NCBI GenBank assembly: GCA_001701225.1
Contig: DAAQ01000021.1
Coordinates: 73,950 to 137,949 of the forward strand
DNA from: Bacteroidales bacterium H5
Lineage (GTDB): Bacteria > Bacteroidota > Bacteroidia > Bacteroidales > Muribaculaceae
Direction: 5' to 3'
DNA length: 64,000 nucleotides
Shown here: in pieces, positions 22,406 through 32,773 of the stretch
How positions within the stretch are numbered: the stretch's first letter is position 1
Layout of the letters: each line of letters begins with the position of its first letter
Position numbers and translations under genes: made by a program
Notes under the pieces: generated by a model
What the model was told of the DNA's origin: nothing
Databases searched by the model: none
What the model saw: the letters and a program-made list of their open reading frames with translations, nothing else

Positions 22406-24845
22406 CCACGGTGATTCCGGCCCCTCCGAACCGCACATCTTCATCGTGGGCCGAGGCTACGCCCGGGACGGTCTGCAGGTACTCGCGTATGGCCTGACGG
22501 AGGGCGCCTGTGCCTGTGCCGTGGAGTATGCGTACCCTCTCGGCGCTGAACCGTATGGCGTCGTCGATGAAATATGTAACGGCCTGTATGGCCTCGTCGG
22601 CCCTCATGCCGCGCACGTCAATCTCCTGTTTGAAATTGAGGCGCCGGTCGTAGCCCGAGTCGATTGTCGACATGCTCACCGACGATTTCTTGCTCTCGGG
22701 TGGCAGGGCGTTTGTGGGGACGAGACGGTCAATCTTCACGTTGGTCTTGAGGTTGCCGAAAGCGACGATGGCATTCTTGCCCGACAGCTCAAGCACGGTG
22801 CCCACTGTCCCGGCTCCGTCAAGCCGTACACGCACACCCGGCTCAATCTTGGCCGGGACGGTACCAGGCTGTGCCGTCTTGGGACGGTTCCCTTTGCGGC
22901 GGGGAGCCTTGCCGAGCAGGGCGTTGTCGTCATGTCTGCCTTCGTGCTCGAGCGCCTTGCGCTCCTCGCGCAGCTTGCGCCGTGCCTCGAGGGTGCGCTC
23001 GCGCTCGGCGTTGGCATTCTTGATGTCGGCAATGGTGCGCTCGATGGCGGCGTTTGAGCCGTCGAGTATCTTGCGGGCCTCTGCCTTGGCCTCCTCGATT
23101 ATCTCGCGGCGTTTCTGACGCAGGGTCTCGGCGTCTTCGGTATATTGGGCGAGTTTCTCGTCCATCTGCTTCTCCTTGCGCCGTATCTCGGTACGCTTGT
23201 TCTCCCAATAACGCTTGTCGCGCGTGATGTCGAGCAGGTATTTGTCAAGATTTATATAGTCGCTCCCCACAATCTCCTCGGCATTGTCGATGATGCCCTT
23301 GGGGAGTCCTATCTTGCGGGCAATCTCCACGGCAAACGAACTGCCGGGATTGCCTATAGAGAGGCGGAACATGGGTTGCATGAGGTGACGGTCGTACAGC
23401 ATCGAGCCGTTGACAAGACCGGGGGTGTCCTCGGCAAAATGTTTCAGGTTCTGATAGTGGGTGGTGACTATGCCCCACATCTGCTGACGGTTCATCTCGG
23501 CGAGGATGGCCTGGGCGAGTGCTCCGCCAATCTGTGGTTCCGTGCCCGAGCCCATCTCGTCGATGAGGAACAGCGAACCCTTGCGGCCGCGTGCGAGCAT
23601 GAATTTCATGCTGCGCAGGTGAGAGCTGTATGTCGACAGGTCATCCTCGATGGACTGGTCGTCGCCGATGTCGACAAACATATCCTTGAAGATGCCGAAA
23701 TGCGAGTTTTCGTAGACCGGGGGGAGCACTCCGCACTGCGCCATATATTGGAGCGTGCCGACTGTCTTGAGGCATACCGACTTGCCTCCGGCGTTGGGGC
23801 CCGAGATGACAAGAATCCTCTTCTCGGGTGTCAGGGTGATGTCTATTGGGATAATTTCGCGCCCCTGTTTCTCGAGGGCCATCTTGAGCCCCGGATGACA
23901 TGCGTGATACCATTCAAGCTCCTCTCCGTCGTGCAGATGAGGCATGACACCTCCCACGGCAGTGGCATAGAGGGCCTTGGCATTGATGAAATCGAGGTGA
24001 TAGACAATCTCGGCGGCATCCATCAGCTCGGGGATGGCCGGGCGCAGGTTGTCGGCTATGACGGTGAGGATGCGCACTATCTCGCGCTGCTCCTCCATCT
24101 GCAGCTCGCGTGTCAGGTTGTTGGCCTCGACCACCTCGGCAGGTTCTATGAAGACTGTCTTGCCCGATGCCGACTCGTCGTGGACGATGCCCTGAATCTT
24201 GCGCTTGTGCATCGGGGGCACGGGAATCACGAGACGTCCGTCGCGCATCGAGGGAACGGTGTCAGGATCGAGATAGCCCTGCGAGACGGCAGACGAGAGA
24301 ACACGTCGCAATATCGAGTTGACACGTCCCGCCATGCCGCGGAGCCGCTGGCGTATGTCGGCGAGGGCGGGGGATGCATTGTCCTTGACCATCCCTGTCC
24401 CTTCGTCTATCGCGCGGTCTATCCCTGCGGCGAGGGCAGGGGAGACCCCTTCGAGAGGTTCGGCAAGGGCCGTGAGGCGGGGATAAGGCGTCGCGCCCGA
24501 CTCGGTGCGGTGACGGGCGAAGAAGGCAGACAGCTCGGCAAAGCAGCGCAGCATACGGCGCACCTTGACGAGATCCTTTATCTCGATGAAAGTGCCGGGT
24601 ATCCTGATGAGCGAAAGCGGGCCGTCGATGTCGTTGATGCCCGATAGGGGGAGCGTCTCCTCGCTGCGGTTGGCCGCGGCCATCTCGGCAACGGCCTCGA
24701 GGGCGCTCTTCACGGCCTTGAATTCTGTCAGGAACTGCATGTCGGAGCATCTCTGCCTCGACCCTTCGCAATGGCAGCGGCGCGCAATCTTCTCGCGCAC
24801 GCCGTCAAAACCTATCTTTATCTCTGTCTTGTCCGGGAAAATCAT
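22392..24845 (-). CDS. mutS2: MutS2 family protein with C-terminal Smr domain
   Basis: HDESASGKTVFIEP, ISGPNAGGKS, DIGDDQSIEDDLSTYSSHL, IDVRGMR..HGTGTG Smr; minus-strand TAACTTTG at 24854-24861. Confidence 0.95.
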   Translation of the reverse strand: MIFPDKTEIKIGFDGVREKIARRCHCEGSRQRCSDMQFLTEFKAVKSALEAVAEMAAANRSEETLPLSGINDIDGPLSLIRIPGTFIEIKDLVKVRRMLRCFAELSAFFARHRTESGATPYPRLTALAEPLEGVSPALAAGIDRAIDEGTGMVKDNASPALADIRQRLRGMAGRVNSILRRVLSSAVSQGYLDPDTVPSMRDGRLVIPVPPMHKRKIQGIVHDESASGKTVFIEPAEVVEANNLTRELQMEEQREIVRILTVIADNLRPAIPELMDAAEIVYHLDFINAKALYATAVGGVMPHLHDGEELEWYHACHPGLKMALEKQGREIIPIDITLTPEKRILVISGPNAGGKSVCLKTVGTLQYMAQCGVLPPVYENSHFGIFKDMFVDIGDDQSIEDDLSTYSSHLRSMKFMLARGRKGSLFLIDEMGSGTEPQIGGALAQAILAEMNRQQMWGIVTTHYQNLKHFAEDTPGLVNGSMLYDRHLMQPMFRLSIGNPGSSFAVEIARKIGLPKGIIDNAEEIVGSDYINLDKYLLDITRDKRYWENKRTEIRRKEKQMDEKLAQYTEDAETLRQKRREIIEEAKAEARKILDGSNAAIERTIADIKNANAERERTLEARRKLREERKALEHEGRHDDNALLGKAPRRKGNRPKTAQPGTVPAKIEPGVRVRLDGAGTVGTVLELSGKNAIVAFGNLKTNVKIDRLVPTNALPPESKKSSVSMSTIDSGYDRRLNFKQEIDVRGMRADEAIQAVTYFIDDAIRFSAERVRILHGTGTGALRQAIREYLQTVPGVASAHDEDVRFGGAGITVVNLR

Positions 24846-24904
24846 ATCAAATGCAAAGTTACGAAACTTTGTCGTCAGCGTCAAATAAACTGCCTCCCAA
24901 GAGG

Positions 24905-25822
24905 TCAGATTTTGGCTATTGCCGAGCTGTATGCGGTCATGGTTGTGGCTTTACGGATGGCCTTGGCGGCCTTGTGTCCTATAATGGGTTCGGCATAGTC
25001 CCAGTAAGGCTTGATTTTGGAGAGTATCTGGGCATCGCCGCAGAGTGTGTCGCGGTAGATGTCGAGCAGGGCGTCGTTGATGTCGAGCAGCGACGCGAGA
25101 CGGCGCGCCTCGTCCCATTCCTGACCGGAGCGTATCTCGGTGGCAAGTGAGGGGCGCGTGAGGAGTCCGCGTCCTATCATTATGCCCGTGAGGGTAGGGA
25201 AGCGGTCTGTGACTGTGCCGTAATCTGCCGGTGAGAGTATGTCGCCGTTATAGATGACGGGATGCGGAGATGATGTCAGGAATTCACCGAATTCATCAAG
25301 CCGGAGTTCTCCGCCATATTGCTGTGTTGCCACGCGCGGATGGACCGCGATATGGGAGAGTGGCATCCCGGTGAGCTGTGGCATGACGGCGCGCCACTCG
25401 TCGGGCTCCGAGACACCGAGACGCACCTTGACCGAGAATGTCATCTGCGGGTAGCGTGTGCGCATCTCCTCGGCTACTGCGCCGAGCAGTTCGGGCTTGC
25501 GCAGCAGCGCGGCACCACGGCCATGCTTGACCTGAGGCGGAAAAGGACACCCGAGATTGAGGTCGACCGCCGTATGTCCGGCCCCGATGACGGCGTCTGT
25601 GAGTATGCGGAACTCGTCTATGTCGCGGAATAGTATCTGCGGCAGCACGTCGGGTGTGACGTCCGTGACAGATATGGCGCGGACATCTTTGGGGCGTGCG
25701 GCCCCCTTCTCGACCCGCAGGAAGGGTGAGCAATACCTGTCGACACCTCCGAACATAGAGGCATGCAGGCGGCGCCATTCGGGACCCGTGTATCCCTGGA
25801 GGGGAGCTGAGTATATTGTCAT
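24905..25822 (-). CDS. tRNA-dihydrouridine synthase family protein
   Basis: APLQGYT, DLNLGCPFP..GRGAALL, SVKVRLG, HPR, YNGDI, MIGRG. Confidence 0.9.
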   Translation of the reverse strand: MTIYSAPLQGYTGPEWRRLHASMFGGVDRYCSPFLRVEKGAARPKDVRAISVTDVTPDVLPQILFRDIDEFRILTDAVIGAGHTAVDLNLGCPFPPQVKHGRGAALLRKPELLGAVAEEMRTRYPQMTFSVKVRLGVSEPDEWRAVMPQLTGMPLSHIAVHPRVATQQYGGELRLDEFGEFLTSSPHPVIYNGDILSPADYGTVTDRFPTLTGIMIGRGLLTRPSLATEIRSGQEWDEARRLASLLDINDALLDIYRDTLCGDAQILSKIKPYWDYAEPIIGHKAAKAIRKATTMTAYSSAIAKI

Positions 25823-25836
25823 TGTCTTGTCTATCG

Positions 25837-25870
25837 AAAAAGACTCCCGGCACGTGTTGGCCGGGAGTCT
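25837..25870 (-). terminator. Rho-independent terminator of the sdh/frd operon
   Basis: agactcccggc / gccgggagtct 11-bp stem followed by TTTT on the minus strand. Confidence 0.8.
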
Positions 25871-25906
25871 GCGGTGGGGTGATATGTCTTCAGTGACGGG
25901 CTGTCA

Positions 25907-26662
25907 TCAGTCGGCGAGCTTGGCCTTGATGAACTCGCGGTTGAGACGTGCGATATTGCTGATCGAGATGTTCTTGGGGCACTCGGCCTGGCATGCGCCT
26001 GTGTTGGTGCAGTTGCCAAATCCGAGCTCGTCCATCTTGCGCACCATGGCGCGGGCACGGCGTGCGCGCTCCACCTGGCCCTGGGGCAGCAGTGCGAACT
26101 GGCTCACCTTGGCCGAGACGAAGAGCATGGCCGAGCCGTTCTTGCAGGCAGCGACACAGGCGCCGCAGCCGATGCAGGTGGCAGAGTCCATGGCTATGTC
26201 TGCCACCTCCTTGGAGATGGGAATGTTGTTGGCATCGGGTGCGCCACCGCAGTTAATAGACACATAGCCACCGGCCTGCTGGATCTTGTCGAAGGCGTTG
26301 CGGTCTACCATGAGGTCACGGATGACGGGGAAGGCTGCCGAGCGCCAGGGCTCGATGGTGATGGTGTCCTCGTTCTTGAATTTGCGCATGTGGAGCTGGC
26401 AGGTGGTGATGCCCTGCACGGGACCGTGGGGATGTCCGTTGATGTAGAGCGAGCACATGCCGCAGATGCCCTCGCGGCAGTCGCTGTCAAATGCGACGGG
26501 CTCCTCACCCTTCTCGACGAGCTGCTGGTTGAGCATGTCGAGCATCTCGAGGAACGAGCTGCCGGTGGAGACATTCTCCACGCGATAGTTCATGAACGCC
26601 CCCGGCTCTTTGGGACCACGTTGACGCCAAATCTTGAGGTTTACATTTATATTATGTTCCAT
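25907..26662 (-). CDS. sdhB: Succinate dehydrogenase/fumarate reductase Fe-S subunit
   Basis: [33 protein letters not shown]. Confidence 0.96.
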   Translation of the reverse strand: MEHNINVNLKIWRQRGPKEPGAFMNYRVENVSTGSSFLEMLDMLNQQLVEKGEEPVAFDSDCREGICGMCSLYINGHPHGPVQGITTCQLHMRKFKNEDTITIEPWRSAAFPVIRDLMVDRNAFDKIQQAGGYVSINCGGAPDANNIPISKEVADIAMDSATCIGCGACVAACKNGSAMLFVSAKVSQFALLPQGQVERARRARAMVRKMDELGFGNCTNTGACQAECPKNISISNIARLNREFIKAKLAD

Positions 26663-26708
26663 TGTGTGATTGTCTGTTTAAGTCGTTGTGACGGGTTGAG
26701 TGGGGGTG

Positions 26709-28736
26709 TTATGACTTGTAGTTGCGGGTCTGCACCTTGATCTCGGTGTAGTTGAGGGGCTCCTTGAGCAGCACGGGCTTCTCGTTGTCGCCGGTATACT
26801 TCCAGCACGACACGTACATGTAGTCCTTGTCGTTACGGGCGGCCTCGCCGTCGGCAAGCTGGTACTCCTCGCGGAAATGTGCGCCGCAGCTCTCGTTGCG
26901 GTTGAGGGCGTCGATGGCCATCATCTTGGCGATGACGAGGAAATCCTCGAGGCGGAGTGCCTTCTCGAGCTCCTGGTTGAGGTCGTCTGCCTTGCCGACG
27001 ATGCGCAGGTCGGAGTAGAACTCCTTGCGTACCTCCTCGATCTCGTCGAGAGCCTTGACGAGACCCTGCAGTGTGCGGCCCATGCCGACGAGGTTCCACA
27101 TCACATGGCCGAGACGCTTGTGAATCTGGTCGGGGCTCTTTGTGCCCTTGATGGCCATGAGCTTGGCGATGCGGTCGCGCACGCCCTTCTCGGCCTCGTC
27201 AAACTCCTTGGTGTCGGTCTTGAAATGAGGCACCTTGATCTGGTCGCTCAGATAGTTCTGCATGGTGTAGGGGATGACGAAATATCCGTCGGCCAGACCC
27301 TGCATGAGCGCGGATGCACCGAGGCGGTTGGCACCGTGGTCAGAGAAGTTGCACTCGCCGATGGCGAAGAGGCCGGGGATAGAAGTCTGCAGCTCGTAGT
27401 CGACCCAGATACCGCCCATGGTGTAGTGCGAGGCGGGGAATATCATCATCGGGGTCTCGTAGGGATTGTCGTCCGAGATCATCTGGTACATGTCGAAGAG
27501 GTTGCCGTAGCGGTCGCGCACGACATTCTCGCCCAGACGGTCGATGGCATATTTGAAATCGAGGTAGACGGCATTGCCTGTACCTACGCCGTAACCGGCA
27601 TCGCAGCGCTCCTTGGCGGCACGGCTGGCGATGTCGCGGGGACAGAGGTTACCGAAGGCGGGATAGCGGCGCTCGAGATAGAAATCGCGGTCCTCGTCGG
27701 GGATGTCGGTAGGTTTCTTCTTGCCTGCGCGGATGGCCTCGGCGTCCTCCTTCTTCTTGGGAACCCAGATTCGGCCGTCGTTACGCAGCGACTCGCTCAT
27801 CAGTGTGAGCTTCGACTGGTCCTCGCCGTGTACGGGGATACATGTGGGGTGAATCTGTGTGAAGGCGAGGTTGGCAAGATATGCGCCCTTCTTGAAGGCC
27901 TGTACGGCAGCCGAGCCGTTGCAGCCCATGGCGTTGGTCGACAGGAAGAAGGCGCGGCCATAACCGCCGGTAGCGAGCACGACTGCATGTGCGGCATAGC
28001 GCTCGAGTTCGCCGGTGACGAGGTTGCGCACGATGATGCCGCGTGCACGGCCGTCGATGAGCACGATGTCGAGCATCTCGCGACGGTTGAACGAGCGCAC
28101 CTGGCCCTTCTGGATCTGACGGTTGAGCGACGAGTATGCGCCAAGCAGGAGCTGCTGGCCGGTCTGGCCCTTGGCGTAGAATGTACGCGATACCTGTGCG
28201 CCGCCAAACGAGCGGTTGGCAAGGAGACCGCCGTACTCGCGGGCGAAGGGAACGCCCTGAGCCACGCACTGGTCTATGATGTTGTTAGACACCTCGGCCA
28301 GACGGTAGACGTTGGCCTCGCGCGAGCGGAAGTCACCGCCCTTGATGGTGTCGTAGAAGAGACGGTAAACCGAGTCACCGTCGTTCTGATAGTCTTTGGC
28401 TGCGTTGATACCGCCCTGTGCGGCGATGGAGTGGGCGCGACGGGGAGAATCCTGGATGCAGAAGTTCCAAACGTTGAATCCGAGCTCGGCCAGGGTCGAT
28501 GCTGCCGATGCGCCGGCGAGGCCGGTACCCACGACGATGATGTCGAGGTTGCGCTTGTTGGCGGGGTTGACCAGTTTCTGATGGGCCTTGTAGTTGGTCC
28601 ATTTCTGGGCGAGGGGGCCTTCGGGAATCTTGGAATCTATCTGGTATTCGGGAAGCTTCGAGGATTCGATGTCGGCATAATCCTTCATGATGGGGGTAGA
28701 GTCAATCATCCCCTGGAGGTCTTTAATATCTGCCAT
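26709..28736 (-). CDS. sdhA: Succinate dehydrogenase/fumarate reductase flavoprotein subunit
   Basis: [43 protein letters not shown]. Confidence 0.96.
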   Translation of the reverse strand: MADIKDLQGMIDSTPIMKDYADIESSKLPEYQIDSKIPEGPLAQKWTNYKAHQKLVNPANKRNLDIIVVGTGLAGASAASTLAELGFNVWNFCIQDSPRRAHSIAAQGGINAAKDYQNDGDSVYRLFYDTIKGGDFRSREANVYRLAEVSNNIIDQCVAQGVPFAREYGGLLANRSFGGAQVSRTFYAKGQTGQQLLLGAYSSLNRQIQKGQVRSFNRREMLDIVLIDGRARGIIVRNLVTGELERYAAHAVVLATGGYGRAFFLSTNAMGCNGSAAVQAFKKGAYLANLAFTQIHPTCIPVHGEDQSKLTLMSESLRNDGRIWVPKKKEDAEAIRAGKKKPTDIPDEDRDFYLERRYPAFGNLCPRDIASRAAKERCDAGYGVGTGNAVYLDFKYAIDRLGENVVRDRYGNLFDMYQMISDDNPYETPMMIFPASHYTMGGIWVDYELQTSIPGLFAIGECNFSDHGANRLGASALMQGLADGYFVIPYTMQNYLSDQIKVPHFKTDTKEFDEAEKGVRDRIAKLMAIKGTKSPDQIHKRLGHVMWNLVGMGRTLQGLVKALDEIEEVRKEFYSDLRIVGKADDLNQELEKALRLEDFLVIAKMMAIDALNRNESCGAHFREEYQLADGEAARNDKDYMYVSCWKYTGDNEKPVLLKEPLNYTEIKVQTRNYKS

Positions 28737-28785
28737 ATCTTAGAAGATGTGTGATGTGGGTAATTAATATGTGTAGGGGATAGAC

Positions 28786-29751
28786 TTAGTTGTTGGGGCA
28801 GTCGGCGCAACCTGCGGCAGTGGCGCACTCGCCGCACTTGGCGCAGTTGGCACAACCGTCGGCACACCCGGGGCAGTTGTCGCAACCCTCGGCGCAGCCG
28901 GGGCAGGCGGTGCAACCGGTGCACGATGTGGCGCAGCCTGCGGCCTGGGCATTGCAGCCCTGTGCGGCCTGGCAGCTCCAAGGCTCACCGAGGCTCTCGG
29001 CATCGGTGTCGAGGGCATATTCAGAAGATTTCCACTCTACATACTCGGCCATCTGGGTGTCGAAATCCTGACGGTGTGCGCGTACTGTGAAGACTACAGC
29101 CTCGGCGATGAAGAGACCTACGATGATGGTGGTCCACCAGAAGCCGATGCACTTGAGGCGCTTGATCCAGATGTCGTTGTTCCAGCCTACAGACTGCATC
29201 ATCGACCAGAAACCGTGGTTGAGGTGGAACCAGAGGGCCACGAAACCGATGATATAGACGATGGGTGTCCATATCTGTGCGAACGCAATCTGGATGAACA
29301 GTGTACCGGCTGCGGGGGGAACCTCAACACCGTTGTGTACATGCTCGAATTCGAGAATCTCGGCGAGCTGCATCTTGGCCCAGAACTGAATCATGTGGAC
29401 CACGAGGAACGCGAGTACCACGAGGCCGAGGACCAGCATGTTCTGCGACGACCATTCTACGCCGGGAGGAATCGACTTGACCTCATAGCGGTCGTTGCCG
29501 CGGGCACGGCGGTTCTGCACTGTGAGCCAGGTGGCATAGATGATGTGAATGATGAAGAGTGCGGCAAGACCGACGGTGGCCACGAGGGCATACCAGTTGG
29601 CACCAAGGAACTCGCACACTGCGTTGTAGCCCGAGGGCCAGAAGAGGGCCACGCCGTTCATCAGACAGTGAAACGTGACAAATAGGACAAGGCAGATGCC
29701 CGTGATTGCCATCACGAGCTTGCGTCCTATAGATGAGCATGTTAACCACAT
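28786..29751 (-). CDS. sdhC: Succinate dehydrogenase/fumarate reductase cytochrome b subunit with Cys-rich C-terminal extension
   Basis: SSIGRKLVMAITG, His ligands (FH, HI, HM, FHLNHGFWS), five TM segments; minus-strand TAACTTTG at 29850-29857. Confidence 0.93.
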   Translation of the reverse strand: MWLTCSSIGRKLVMAITGICLVLFVTFHCLMNGVALFWPSGYNAVCEFLGANWYALVATVGLAALFIIHIIYATWLTVQNRRARGNDRYEVKSIPPGVEWSSQNMLVLGLVVLAFLVVHMIQFWAKMQLAEILEFEHVHNGVEVPPAAGTLFIQIAFAQIWTPIVYIIGFVALWFHLNHGFWSMMQSVGWNNDIWIKRLKCIGFWWTTIIVGLFIAEAVVFTVRAHRQDFDTQMAEYVEWKSSEYALDTDAESLGEPWSCQAAQGCNAQAAGCATSCTGCTACPGCAEGCDNCPGCADGCANCAKCGECATAAGCADCPNN

Positions 29752-29961
29752 AGTAGTTGATGGTAAATTAAATAATGATTATTGTTGAAAAAATTTTTGT
29801 CAATGACTGGTGTACCTATTCCGACCCTGGCGGGCCTCTTTTTCTTCTGCAAAGTTAATGCAAATCCGCTTGACACGCAAATTTAAAGAAAAATTTCCGT
29901 AATGATTTTTGAAAAATAATCACTAATTTTGTGCTGTCACAACCTAAACACACCCTAAGAC

Positions 29962-30690
29962 ATGCTCATCATACTCTACAGAGTCTATCAGATATTGATA
30001 ATGTGTCCGCTCATCGCGGTGTCGACTATACTGACAGCGACATTCACAGTCATCGGTTCGGCCATGGGGTTCGGACGATGGTGCGGCTATTATCCCGAGG
30101 TGCTGTGGTCGCGTCTGTTCTGCTGGCTCAACTTTGTCAGCGTCAGCGTGACCGGCCGCGAGCACATCGACACCTCTACCAGCTATGTGTTCGTGGCCAA
30201 CCACCAGGGGGCATACGACATATTCACTGTCTACGGCTATCTGGGACATAATTTCAGGTGGATGATGAAGGCGAGCCTGCGCAAGATACCCTTTGTGGGG
30301 TGGGCATGCAGGTGGTCCAAGCAGATATTCATGGACAACTCGACCCCTTCGGCCACACGCCATACCATGCAGGAGGCCGAGAAGGTGCTGAGCGGAGGGA
30401 TGTCGATGGTGATATTTCCCGAGGGAGCGCGCACATGGGACGGCAAGATGCGTCCCTTCAAGCGCGGGGCATTCAAGCTGGCCTCCGAGTTTGACCTCCC
30501 CATAGTGCCTATGACCATAAACGGGGCCTTCGACGTGATGCCCCGCTGGCGCTATCTTCCCCTGCCGGGACACATCTCGCTGACCATACACAGGCCTGTG
30601 ACTTTTGCGGATTTCGGAGGCGACTTGCAGAAAACCGCCGAGGGTGTGCATGAAATAATCGAAAATTCGCTCGCCAAACCACGGAAATAG
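29962..30690 (+). CDS. plsC: 1-acyl-sn-glycerol-3-phosphate acyltransferase
   Basis: FVANHQGAYD, IFPEGAR, PFKRGAF; TAATTTTG at 29924-29931. Confidence 0.9.
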   Translation: MLIILYRVYQILIMCPLIAVSTILTATFTVIGSAMGFGRWCGYYPEVLWSRLFCWLNFVSVSVTGREHIDTSTSYVFVANHQGAYDIFTVYGYLGHNFRWMMKASLRKIPFVGWACRWSKQIFMDNSTPSATRHTMQEAEKVLSGGMSMVIFPEGARTWDGKMRPFKRGAFKLASEFDLPIVPMTINGAFDVMPRWRYLPLPGHISLTIHRPVTFADFGGDLQKTAEGVHEIIENSLAKPRK

Positions 30691-30817
30691 GTCAATATGA
30701 CCACAGGCATCTCTCTTTTTTGCCTGCGATAGGTTGGCGGATAGATATTTTTTTGTACCTTTGCCATACACTCTCACACGGAGACTATTTCAACAACATT
30801 ACATAGCAATACTGACC

Positions 30818-31135
30818 ATGAAACGCTTTGCATTCAAGATGCATCTCAAACCGGGCTGCGAGAAAGAGTATGAACGCCGCCACGCCGAGCTCTGGCCCGA
30901 GCTTCGCAAGCAGATTCAGGAATCTGGAGTGAAGAACTACTCAATCTTCTTTGATCCCGAGACACTCACGCTTTTCGGCTATCAGGAGGGCACAGGTGAC
31001 AGCAACTCGCAGGACGCCGAGGCTGCCGACGAGGTGACACGCCGCTGGTGGGACTATATGGCAGACCTCATGGCAGTCAATCCCGATAATTCTCCCGTCA
31101 CCGAGCCTCTGACCGAGCTCTGGCACATGGACTGA
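30818..31135 (+). CDS. rhaM: L-rhamnose mutarotase
   Basis: MKRFAFKMHLKPG..EYERRH..WPE, NYSIF, RWWDYMADLM; TACCTTTG at 30756-30763. Confidence 0.92.
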   Translation: MKRFAFKMHLKPGCEKEYERRHAELWPELRKQIQESGVKNYSIFFDPETLTLFGYQEGTGDSNSQDAEAADEVTRRWWDYMADLMAVNPDNSPVTEPLTELWHMD

Positions 31136-31139
31136 TTTG

Positions 31140-31290
31140 GGTTAATGGTTAAAGGTTAATGGTTAAAGGTTATTCGGTTAAGGGGTAAAGGTTAAGGACC
31201 GGCAATCTGAACCTCAATCTCTTCATTCCTAATTTCTCATTAGTCCTCATTAGTCTTCATTTCTAATTCCTAATTCCTCATTTCTAATTA
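31140..31290. repeat. Two tracts of degenerate heptamer tandem repeats (GGTTAAW; TTYCTMA)
   Basis: About 8 GGTTAA(T/A/G)-like units at 31140-31196 and several TTCCTAA/TTTCTCA/TTTCTAA units at about 31226-31287. Confidence 0.8.
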
Positions 31291-31293
31291 ACT

Positions 31294-32724
31294 ATGACAT
31301 ATCATTTTGCAGTCGACCTTGGCGCTACAAGCGGCCGCACCATCCTTGCCTCGTTTGATGGCGAGAAGGTGGAGATGCAGGAGGTCTCTCGTTTCAAACA
31401 TCCCATGCTCCCGATAGCGGGACATATATATTGGAATCTTCCCGAACTGTATCATCAGGTGCTCGTGGGGCTCAAGAAAGCCAAGGAGATACTCGATGCC
31501 AAGGGTGCAGAGCTTGCCTCGATAGGCATTGACACCTGGGGATGCGACGTGGCCTTCTTCCACGCCGACGGCACCATCGCCGGAATGCCCCAGTGCTATC
31601 GCGACGTCCGCAACGAGGGCGCGTGCGATGCCTTCCACCGCAACATGAGCCGCGAGGACACATACGCCCTCACAGGTATCCAGTTCATGGATTTCAACAC
31701 GCTTTTCCAGCTCGACGCCATGAAGCGTCAGGGCGCCGATGCAATAGCCAAGGCCGACAAGATACTGTTCATGCCCGACGCCCTCTCATATATGCTCACA
31801 GGTAATGCCGTGACCGAGTACACCGTGGCCTCGACTTCGCAGATACTCAATCCCAACACCGGCGACCTCGACGAGACACTGCTCAAGGAGGCCGGACTGA
31901 CCCGCGACAAGTTCGGCCCCATCGTCAATCCGGGACATGTTATTGGTACCCTGACACCGCAGGTCCAGGAGTTCACCGGCCTTGGCGCCGTGCCCGTCGT
32001 GGCTGTGGCCGGACATGACACCGCGTCGGCTGTGATCGGTGTGCCTACTCCCGATGACGAATACGCATATCTGAGCTGCGGCACATGGTCGCTGCTCGGC
32101 ATCGAGAGCCTCAGGCCTATCATCAACGACCGTTCGAGGGCATACAATTTCACCAACGAGGGTGGCATCGACGGTACCACACGCTTCCTGAAGAATATCT
32201 GTGGCATGTGGCTCTTTGAGCGCTGTCGTGCCGAGTGGTCAGAGGCCGAAGCCCCTGTCAATGATGTCGTGGCCCTGACGGGTCTGTGCAACGACTCGGA
32301 GTGCGCGTCCATAATCAATCCCGATGACCCCTCGTTCGACCATCCCGTGTCGATGACCGCCGCCATCCGCGCATATTGCGAGAAGACAGGTCAGGAGGTG
32401 CCCGCCAAACCGGCCGATTATGTCCGTGTCATCTTCCGCAGCCTCGCCAACAGATATAAGGAGGTGCTGGGATGGCTCAAGGAACTGCATCCCGAGCCCG
32501 AGGTGAAGAGGCTCCATGTCATCGGCGGCGGCTCGCTCAACGGCCACCTGATGCAGATGACGGCAGATACGCTCGGCGTACCCGTCGTGGCCGGTCCGGC
32601 AGAGTGTACCGCCCTCGGCAATGTGCTGGTGCAGCTCCGCGCATGCGGCGAGCTGTCAGACCTCAAGGCCATGCGCCGCGTGTCGGCAGCCTCGACCGAG
32701 ACCAAGACATATATGCCCAAGTAA
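31294..32724 (+). CDS. rhaB: Rhamnulokinase
   Basis: AVDLGATSGR, IGIDTWG, GHDTASAV, SCGTWSLLG, FTNEGG, VIGGGS. Confidence 0.93.
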   Translation: MTYHFAVDLGATSGRTILASFDGEKVEMQEVSRFKHPMLPIAGHIYWNLPELYHQVLVGLKKAKEILDAKGAELASIGIDTWGCDVAFFHADGTIAGMPQCYRDVRNEGACDAFHRNMSREDTYALTGIQFMDFNTLFQLDAMKRQGADAIAKADKILFMPDALSYMLTGNAVTEYTVASTSQILNPNTGDLDETLLKEAGLTRDKFGPIVNPGHVIGTLTPQVQEFTGLGAVPVVAVAGHDTASAVIGVPTPDDEYAYLSCGTWSLLGIESLRPIINDRSRAYNFTNEGGIDGTTRFLKNICGMWLFERCRAEWSEAEAPVNDVVALTGLCNDSECASIINPDDPSFDHPVSMTAAIRAYCEKTGQEVPAKPADYVRVIFRSLANRYKEVLGWLKELHPEPEVKRLHVIGGGSLNGHLMQMTADTLGVPVVAGPAECTALGNVLVQLRACGELSDLKAMRRVSAASTETKTYMPK

Positions 32725-32773
32725 AAAACAAGACAGAATCATCAAAAAACATAAAACCAATCTTCATTAAACC

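Noticed and set aside
28786..28980. Multiheme cytochrome c or ferredoxin domain in the SdhC tail
   Set aside because: No CxxCH motifs, and the low-complexity Ala/Gly/Cys composition lacks a ferredoxin hydrophobic core; Fe-S binding is not excluded.
31140..31290. Possible CRISPR array
   Set aside because: Repeats are 7-nt tandem units without unique spacers, and no cas genes are present.
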